Shown here: positions 29,179 through 36,900 of the stretch, one piece after another | Numbering within the stretch: the stretch's first letter is position 1 | How the letters are laid out: each line of letters opens with the position of its first letter | IMG/VR virus record: IMGVR_UViG_3300010346_000241 | Span: 1 to 64,000 of that record | Strand: one strand, 5' to 3' | Source of the DNA: a virus | Lineage: Duplodnaviria > Caudoviricetes | Length of the DNA stretch: 64,000 nucleotides | Notes under the pieces: model-generated | What the model was told of the DNA's origin: nothing | Seen by the model: only the letters and a program-made list of their open reading frames with translations | Database searches by the model: none | Translations under genes and position numbers: made by a program

Positions 29179-29213
29179 TACAAGATAACGCAATACGGTA
29201 CAAGATAACACAA
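29179..29213 (+). repeat. Two 15-bp direct repeats TACAAGATAAC(G/A)CAA with 20-bp period
   Basis: 29179-29193 and 29199-29213. Confidence 0.7.
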
Positions 29214-29227
29214 GCATGAAATGGCAC

Positions 29228-29366
29228 AAGAAGGACTGGTAGGGACGATCCCTACCAGTCTTCTAGAGAGGTTAATCGTTCTTGTACTAGGATCAGCCAA
29301 ATCACTAGTATCTAGGAGGACTATGACACCATGAAAGGAAACACCACCCGTTTTTATGCTTCCTTT
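29228..29366 (-). ncRNA. Candidate ~140-nt structured small RNA
   Basis: Promoter AACA-TATTGG-TA (29366-29377, minus); 11-bp 5' stem starting at the predicted +1, second stem UACUAG/CUAGUA, 12-bp terminator hairpin 29234-29260; no RBS-led ORF on this strand. Confidence 0.55.
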
Positions 29367-29388
29367 ACCAATATGTTCTGATACAGCC

Positions 29389-29400
29389 AACACTCTTATA
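29389..29400 (+). promoter_or_regulatory. AR9-like promoter, back-to-back with the sRNA promoter
   Basis: AACA-CTCTTA-TA. Confidence 0.7.
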
Positions 29401-29425
29401 AATTTAACAGAAGGAGGTATGATTC

Positions 29426-30400
29426 ATGTTTGAATCTGTAAAACCCAGTTTAGTTGACATCGAGATTGTCGAAGAGCCGACAGTCGAAACGTCGACGTCA
29501 GAACCAAAAGCAGAGCCCGAAAAACGAAAGAGAGGACGTCCTCCAAAGAAGAAGCCCGAAGAGCAGACAGCTAGTGCAGTAACACTCCCAGTTACTCAGA
29601 CTATCTCAATTCCTGCTGAGGCTCCCAAGGCACAGCCTTACGTTCCTCTCTGTACATCTAATGAGCCTTACGAAATGACCTATGCTGAAGGTGTGGGTAT
29701 GATTCGCGGCACTATCCAGCAGATGGATACAATGGCATTAGAGCTCAAGAATGAGTTCGATGCTATCAGACACAACAAGCAGATGAAAGGTAGATATACC
29801 TACATCAGTAATCTTGGTGAGTCTATCTGCGGCATCCTTGGTAACAAGCTTGCTGCTATCAAAGAGCTCAATGCAGTAACAACTAAGTCTCATGAACTTG
29901 AGATGAAACGTTATCAGGCTACTAAGGAACAGCAGATGGCAGAAGATGATGACAGAAGCATGGCAGCAATGTACAATGCTTACATCAACACTCCTATCAA
30001 TGCTGGTAATCTTCCTCCATTCCTTCAGCAGACATCTCAGAACGCTATAGCTAATCCTGGTATGATGGGTTCTGGTACAATGATAACTCCTTCTGGAGAT
30101 ATCGTGGATGCTGGTTATGGTAATTACATGCAGTCTATATCACCAGAACAGAATCGTATGATACTCGAACACAACCCCAGTATCAAAGAGGTTGTAGTTC
30201 TTGACGACGCTACTGGAGCAGCATCATTCGACGTAATCGATACAACAACTGGACAGTCAGTTCCTAATTACCCAAGACCAAACCCAGAGCTTATCGCAGA
30301 AACTATTATAGATCGTTCTACTGGTAGAGCGACTAACAGTAATCTTGGTAAGAGCTGGGACGTAATCACCATTAACGCTGGTGCTATATCAAAGTTCTAA
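29426..30400 (+). CDS. Hypothetical protein with AT-hook-like motif and coiled coil
   Basis: KRKRGRPPKKK in a low-complexity N-terminus; SD AAGGAGG. Confidence 0.7.
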   Translation: MFESVKPSLVDIEIVEEPTVETSTSEPKAEPEKRKRGRPPKKKPEEQTASAVTLPVTQTISIPAEAPKAQPYVPLCTSNEPYEMTYAEGVGMIRGTIQQMDTMALELKNEFDAIRHNKQMKGRYTYISNLGESICGILGNKLAAIKELNAVTTKSHELEMKRYQATKEQQMAEDDDRSMAAMYNAYINTPINAGNLPPFLQQTSQNAIANPGMMGSGTMITPSGDIVDAGYGNYMQSISPEQNRMILEHNPSIKEVVVLDDATGAASFDVIDTTTGQSVPNYPRPNPELIAETIIDRSTGRATNSNLGKSWDVITINAGAISKF

Positions 30401-30407
30401 CAAGTTA

Positions 30408-30447
30408 TATATTATAGAGGTACCAGGAAGTCGTTTCGGCTTCCTGG
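30408..30447 (+). promoter_or_regulatory. Early-type promoter TATATTATA plus leader stem-loop
   Basis: TATATTATA 30408-30416; hairpin CCAGGAAG/CTTCCTGG 30423-30447. Confidence 0.65.
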
Positions 30448-30475
30448 CAATCTAAAATAAAAGGAGGTACAGCCA

Positions 30476-30751
30476 ATGGACGATACAGTCTACATACTGT
30501 ACAAGAAGAACAGCACAGAAGAATGGTTGAAAACTTTCGATAAGAAGGAACTGATTGGTACTATCTTTATGGATGCCATCACCTTTTGGGAGAAAGAGAC
30601 CATAGGGATCAAACAACTCAATCTCAAGATTGCAAAAACCAAATGCGACGATGGTTCCGTACTAGAAGTATACAATATCGTGTACGATGCATCGCCAGAA
30701 TCATACTTTGACATAGCTTACAATGTCAAAGTTATCAAAGGAGGAAAATGA
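30476..30751 (+). CDS. Small hypothetical early protein
   Basis: SD AAAGGAGG; 91 aa. Confidence 0.7.
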   Translation: MDDTVYILYKKNSTEEWLKTFDKKELIGTIFMDAITFWEKETIGIKQLNLKIAKTKCDDGSVLEVYNIVYDASPESYFDIAYNVKVIKGGK

Positions 30752-30752
30752 T

Positions 30753-30914
30753 ATGAGTGATCTTACTAGACTTTTACAAGAAAGAGAGCAGATAGAAGTG
30801 ATGATGGAAGTAATGCAGCTTCCTTCTTCTCAGGATGAGCTCAGAAAACGTTTAGATGAAGTAAACAGAAAGATTGCCATGCTTGAAAACGAACAGGAGG
30901 ACAATGATGAATAA
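30753..30914 (+). CDS. Small coiled-coil protein
   Basis: SD AAAGGAGG, ATG 30753; 53 aa. Confidence 0.6.
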   Translation: MSDLTRLLQEREQIEVMMEVMQLPSSQDELRKRLDEVNRKIAMLENEQEDNDE

Positions 30915-31617
30915 GTTTGACTATGAAAAGACAGGCTATACTGAGCCTACAGAGGAAGATGAAAAGAGAATCTTCACAGAAGAGTACTTACTAAAAGATG
31001 TCTTCGGAACGAAAGTTCTGATGACTACAGGACGTGAGTTCAACGAACTCTACAAAACGCTCCCAGAAGGTGTACATTATTTCGCCATCAGAGGATGTGA
31101 TGATGACCCCAGTATGCCTGCCACAGTAGAAGATAAGGTCTTTGTCAATAGATGCGGAAGCATTCTTAGTAAGGAAGATCTTATAGCTCCTGAAAGAAAG
31201 TCATGTAACCCAAACGATATCTATAGAATCCTCAACGATGAAGAAAGAAAGAGATTTTATGATATGCTTTGGGACTGCGATAACGCAGCTAATATCCCCG
31301 AGGAGGAAGACCAGGAGTTCATGACAATCTCAGACTTCATTCATAAAAATGATGAAGAGTTTGATGTTTGTATAGAAGAGGTCATTCATCATACAATAAA
31401 AGTTAAAGCTAAGGACTCTGAAGAAGCTACTATCCTTGCTGCTAAGAAGTATGTATACGATAATAACTTCTGTGATACCACAACTGAAACTGGATCGATA
31501 GATGATGTGTTGATCTCTGCTAAAGAAAACTCTGGTCCTTCCGCTGGCGAGTATGCGGAATTTAAGGATCTCTACGGCTACGTCAACGATAAAATAGACG
31601 GCAAACCAGTCATCTAA
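30907..31617 (+). CDS. Protein with LPD28-like and DpnD/PcfM-like domains
   Basis: LPEGVHYFAIRGCDDDPSMPATVEDKVFVNRCGSILS; FDVCIEEVIHHTIKVKAKDSEEA. Confidence 0.65.
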   Translation: MNKFDYEKTGYTEPTEEDEKRIFTEEYLLKDVFGTKVLMTTGREFNELYKTLPEGVHYFAIRGCDDDPSMPATVEDKVFVNRCGSILSKEDLIAPERKSCNPNDIYRILNDEERKRFYDMLWDCDNAANIPEEEDQEFMTISDFIHKNDEEFDVCIEEVIHHTIKVKAKDSEEATILAAKKYVYDNNFCDTTTETGSIDDVLISAKENSGPSAGEYAEFKDLYGYVNDKIDGKPVI

Positions 31618-31636
31618 GCAAAGGAGAAATAGTGTC

Positions 31637-32095
31637 ATGAACAAGTTAGACGAAATAGTTTCAGCCAACAATCCCATCTTCGGTCCTAAGACCGTTGATG
31701 GGACCAATACTACAATCATGCTTAACTCAGGATATATCATCAAGTTTAGCAAGATGACAATATTTGAGCAGGATAGAAACAGCTCAAAGATCATATATAT
31801 GCATGGACCTTACGAATACTCAATAGAGTACTTCGAAGCAGAGGAGTATAGAGAGAATCAATACCTCTCTGGTCCAAATTCAGTAGAGATCGTAAAAACG
31901 ATTATAGAAGATGCTGATGCCCGCAATCTTGATATCGTTGCTTCGGGCATCATACGCGGTATAGAGCGTCGTGGTAACGTTCAGATAGATGATGTCAACG
32001 CTTCAAATGACATCACTGAACGTGAACGTAAGAGGGCATTAAACCAAGGAAGGAGATCGACTGATAAGAATGAAAGTGAAAAAGAAAACTCCTAA
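31637..32095 (+). CDS. Hypothetical protein
   Basis: SD AAAGGAG; 152 aa. Confidence 0.65.
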   Translation: MNKLDEIVSANNPIFGPKTVDGTNTTIMLNSGYIIKFSKMTIFEQDRNSSKIIYMHGPYEYSIEYFEAEEYRENQYLSGPNSVEIVKTIIEDADARNLDIVASGIIRGIERRGNVQIDDVNASNDITERERKRALNQGRRSTDKNESEKENS

Positions 32096-32492
32096 TCCAT
32101 TTCAGTTTGTATACAATGCTTCTAAGAGCATTATACAGAAGGGTAACGATAAGACTCCTATCAATCTTAAGGTGGGTGATCTTGTCACTTACTATGACCG
32201 TAACACAATAAACCCTGATTCTGGTGAAGTATGTAAAGCACTCTGTCAGGTAATTCATGTGGCACAGGACTTCATGGGATATGGAATCCTCTTCTATACA
32301 TTGAAGTGCTATGATGAAAGCTTCAACAAGATGGAGGATCCTCAGACACTGCCTGGACAGAAGTTCATGGCAATAGTGTCATACATCGAAACAAATAAAT
32401 TTGTTCCCTGGCAGCCTGCTGAGGACGATTATGATCGTCTGATCGGTTATGAAGAGTTCTGCACAGCCATGCAGAATCATGAAGAACAGTAG
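32070..32492 (+). CDS. Hypothetical protein with SH3-like LKVGDLV segment
   Basis: 140 aa ORF continuing the operon. Confidence 0.6.
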   Translation: MKVKKKTPNPFQFVYNASKSIIQKGNDKTPINLKVGDLVTYYDRNTINPDSGEVCKALCQVIHVAQDFMGYGILFYTLKCYDESFNKMEDPQTLPGQKFMAIVSYIETNKFVPWQPAEDDYDRLIGYEEFCTAMQNHEEQ

Positions 32493-32509
32493 CTGAAGTA
32501 AGAAAAATG

Positions 32510-32551
32510 ACTGGTGGTAGAGCTCGAACATCTGAGTAAACTACCACCAGT
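32510..32551 (+). terminator. Terminator hairpin with an AR9-like promoter (32527-32538) in its loop
   Basis: ACTGGTGGTAG/CTACCACCAGT arms followed by a T-tract; loop contains AACA-TCTGAG-TA. Confidence 0.7.
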
Positions 32552-32579
32552 TTATTTTTACTAGAAAGGAGAATTGTAT

Positions 32580-33875
32580 ATGTCGCATAGATACACTCCT
32601 GTACAGTTCCATAGGTATAAACAGGAACATATCCTGAATCACTACTGTACTGTAGCTCCACTATCTCACAATCATGCTATCTGTATAGAGTATGTGAAGA
32701 AGTGGTTCCTCGAGAAGTTCCCTAAGGACTTCTTCTCTTACTTTTTTGTCGACGGAAGTAATGTCTTTGGTGAGACTATAAGACTTCCTAAGGACAAAGT
32801 TATCGTTAAAGGAAGCGATGACACATGTACATGTACTATGTCTTGTCAGCTTGACGATACTTATGATCGTGCTATGATCGATACTAACCTCTTTGGTCTG
32901 GAGATGTTTGTAAACACTACTCCTATAGACCGTTCATTCATCCAAGATCCAGTCAATCATCGTTACGTAATGATGAAGATGGAGATGGAACTCATGAACT
33001 TTACCTTCAGAATCAAGTGTCCTACCAGAGCAAAGCAGCTTGATCTGTTCAAGTTCATGAAACTCGCTTTCAGAATAGGTCTTTCGGAGACCAGAGATGC
33101 TACTAACGACTATCTTATCCCTTATAGTCTGATGCTGAGTGTGGCATCAGATGCTGGTTTTAAGATAGATTGCGAGAATGCCAGAATCAAGAACCCTATA
33201 GAGTTCCTTACATGGCTCAATCGCCATTCTTTTTTGCCGATTCTCTTCAGATTCAACAATATGACTGGTAGAGAAGACTACTATGTGCGTATGGATGACC
33301 TTCCTATCAGAGTAGGATTTGAGTCTATATCTAAGGATGACGGCAATAGAACAGGACATCTTCTTACAGACTTCGGCATAGAGATGAATATCAACGTTCG
33401 TTTCCCTGGTATGCAGCTTTATGTATACCATACTAAGACAGAACAGATCTATTCTACTCAGACTAAGTCTGCTTATGCTATAGACGGAGCTCTCATGATA
33501 GCATTCAAACAGGGCACACCTCCTCCAGATATGAATGAGAGGGGATGGCTCAAGTATATAGAATCTGATTATCAGGCTGATGCTCCAGGGCCATTCGAGA
33601 TTAACATGGGAGAGCTGTTTGAGGGTGAACTTCTCAAGTTTATCAACGAACACAAGGATCGTTTCATTTCTCCAGAGGTATTCATGGATATCAGAGTCTA
33701 TTGTGATGATGCATTTCTTGAGACTGAGATGAATTGGAAGACTATGATGCTCTCGGTAAAGGGTTATCCTCCTAAACTTATTACGAGTATAGTCATCTAC
33801 ATCGATACTCTCTACTTGAACGACCAACGTATCATCGATAAAGGCATTGACAAGTCAAGGACTTCCATTCAGTAA
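32580..33875 (+). CDS. Putative virion structural protein (tail completion/neck-like)
   Basis: AACA-type promoter, SD AAAGGAG, 431 aa; function inferred from context only. Confidence 0.45.
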   Translation: MSHRYTPVQFHRYKQEHILNHYCTVAPLSHNHAICIEYVKKWFLEKFPKDFFSYFFVDGSNVFGETIRLPKDKVIVKGSDDTCTCTMSCQLDDTYDRAMIDTNLFGLEMFVNTTPIDRSFIQDPVNHRYVMMKMEMELMNFTFRIKCPTRAKQLDLFKFMKLAFRIGLSETRDATNDYLIPYSLMLSVASDAGFKIDCENARIKNPIEFLTWLNRHSFLPILFRFNNMTGREDYYVRMDDLPIRVGFESISKDDGNRTGHLLTDFGIEMNINVRFPGMQLYVYHTKTEQIYSTQTKSAYAIDGALMIAFKQGTPPPDMNERGWLKYIESDYQADAPGPFEINMGELFEGELLKFINEHKDRFISPEVFMDIRVYCDDAFLETEMNWKTMMLSVKGYPPKLITSIVIYIDTLYLNDQRIIDKGIDKSRTSIQ

Positions 33876-33892
33876 GCAATAACAGGGCCCAC

Positions 33893-33904
33893 AACCCTCT
33901 TATA
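33893..33904 (+). promoter_or_regulatory. AR9-like promoter, AACC variant, of nrdD
   Basis: AACC-CTCTTA-TA. Confidence 0.6.
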
Positions 33905-33929
33905 ATATAATTAAAGGAGGAATTCTAGC

Positions 33930-36900
33930 ATGACAAAGAATCTTGAGAGTGTCACTGTTGAAAAACGTGACGGTAAGGTAGTTCCCTTCAATAGGGTAAA
34001 TATCTCTGTCGCTGTTACCAAAGCAGTGAAAGCATCTCATCAATCATTCGACCCAACCAAAGACCCCATGTATAATGCTAAGAACAACGAAGTTGTTGAC
34101 GCTGTAATAGATGAGGTAGACACTTTCCTTAACCATGAACCTGGAAGGATACACGTAGAACGTATACAGGATCTTGTTGAACGGGTTCTTATCAAGAAAG
34201 GATATGCTGATACAGCAAAAGAGTATATCCTCTATCGTAAGAAGCGTGACGAGATCCGTAACACTCGTAACAAGACTGCTGAGTGTATGGAAGAGATCCT
34301 CGGTAAGAGCTCTGAAGATAGCAATCTTAAGCGTGATAATGCCAATGTAAACGGTGATACAGCTATGGGTACTATGCTTCAGATTGGAGCTAATGTATCT
34401 AAGGAGTATTATCTTGACAATCGTATCAATCGCACAGCAGCTACAGCTCATAGAGATGGTCATATACATATACATGACCTCGACTTCTATGACCTTACTG
34501 TTACTTGCTGCCAGATCGATGCTAAGAAGATCCTCGAGGGCGGTTTTAATACTGGTCATGGATATCTCAGAGAACCTGCTTCTATACTGTCAGCATCTGC
34601 ATTGGCTGCTATAGCTATACAGAGCGATCAGAACGACTGTCACGGCGGACAGAGCATTCCGAACCTCGACTACGGTCTCGCTAAGTATGTAGATAAGAGT
34701 TTTGCAAAGCATTTCAAGGATAACTTCAGCAAGCTCTTTGACTTCGCATTCTCGTACTACATAACTCCTGGAGGAGAAACACGAAAGAAGTTAGACGAGT
34801 TAATGCCCGATATGGAGAACTTCATTCTTGAAAGCCTCAGAGAACAGCTTAGCACAAAGATGACCCCTTTTACTCATAAAGCTATCTACGAGATAGCTAA
34901 GAAGCTTGAGGAGAATAACATTGTGTCTAGCGATGACGTCAATGTAGTATCCTATCTCGAGAAGATTATTCAGACTGCATTAGACAATTCGTTACGTGAA
35001 ACAGACAAAGAAACACATCAGGCTATGGAAGCATTCGTACACAATCTCAATACGATGCACAGCAGATGTGGCGCACAGGTAAAGAAAGTTGCCTAGTATA
35101 AGGGAAACCTTATACAGAGCTCGGGTAATATCGGTGAAGACTCGAGTATGATTCCATATATAATATCATGTATAGAGGAGGTGAAGATATGGACGATTCA
35201 ATCTTACGTATGATATATTTAGGAAACAAGATCAGTAGCAAAGAACTACAACAGATCACTGGATGTTCTAAAGCTCAACTTAGTCGAGTTATGAAGACTA
35301 TAACAAACAAGAGAAATATAATAGACGTCCACAACAGAAATACAGTAGAGAACTACTTCGAATGTATACAAACTGAGGAACAAGCATACTACTTAGGTTT
35401 CTTTATAGCAGACGGATGTATAAAGTACAATAATGGAAGAAAACCTGTAGCAACATTCACGTTACAAGACTCTGATAGATATATGCTTGAAAGGTTTTCA
35501 GAAGCTATCAACAATCCTTATAAACTTTCATGTGCTACAAAAGTACGTGATACTGGTTATACTAGTACATGGTACACAATGAGAATCTCTAGCCAAAAGA
35601 TAGTATCGAATTTGGAAGATATAGGTGCTGGGTATGGCAAGAGCTACAGAGAGATTCCTATACTTCCACCAAACTTAACCAGACATTTGGTTAGAGGATT
35701 GTTTGATGGTGACGGATCATTCTATTACAGAAGATCACATCCAGAAGACCCAAATAGTATTGCTATCAGAGGTTGTGTAGAGCTATTAGGATTTCCTGTT
35801 GTCATAGAAGACTTACAGATGATATTAAATGACATTGGTGTGTCGAAGTATTCATTACGGAAATCTGATACTGCTACTCAGTTATATGCCATAAGAATGG
35901 AGAGGAAAGATGACATAAAGTTATTCTACAACTACATGTATACTGACTCTCATATCTATTTGGAAAGAAAGAAGAAGAAGTTCGAAGACTTCTTCAATGG
36001 AATCATACCGAGTTAATACCGAGATAACTGATACCTCAACAAGTATCAGTATCGTAACGCGTAGTGGGTGAAACCTCAACACCGAGAGGAATATAATCCC
36101 ACCAAGAGTATCCGATACAATGTCTATAGGGCATTGCTACGGGAGTTGCGCCCCGTGGTCCTAACGTAATGACGAGGGTAGAAATGTACGCTGAGCTGGT
36201 CTGAATTGACAGACGTATCGATTCTTAGTAAATCGTATGAGGGTGACCTCCAGAAGTATAGGATAAAAAGCCTATACGATAACACAACTGACCTTTCTCT
36301 AGTGTAAACCTCGGTACCGATACTTCTCCTGCAGGAAGAATGGTTACCAAGAATCTTCTCAAGGCCATGAATGAAGGCCTTGGACACGGAGAAACAGCTA
36401 TCTTCCCGATCGTTATCTTCAAGGTAAAAGAGGGAATCAACTACAATAAGGAAGATCCTAACTACGACCTCTTCAAGCAGGCTTGTGAGGTTACATCACG
36501 TAGACTCTTCCCTAACTTCTCATTCATTGACGCTCCATTCAACAAACAGTACTATGTTGAGGGTCGTCCTGAAACAGAGATAGCTTACATGGGATCTGTT
36601 ACAGGAGACCATGAAGTATACTATCGTTACAACGGCAAAGAATACAAGCATACGTTCAAAAAGATGTATGAGAAGCTCTCTGCTCATTTCAAGATCGAGA
36701 CATTCGGAATCTCTAAATATATCGATGTCGACGGCGACGTTGATATCTATGATACATCCAGTGGAGGATTCGTTCCTTGTAGAAAGGTAATGGTTACTCC
36801 TAAGATGACTAACTGGGTTCGGATCAAACTTGCTAACGGAAGAATCATTACTGCTACAGATGACCATCCGCTTCCTGTACTGTCTAAAACAGAGGAAAAG

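Noticed and set aside
29178-29393. 71-aa minus-strand ORF
   Set aside because: No SD, starts upstream of the minus-strand promoter and runs through a terminator
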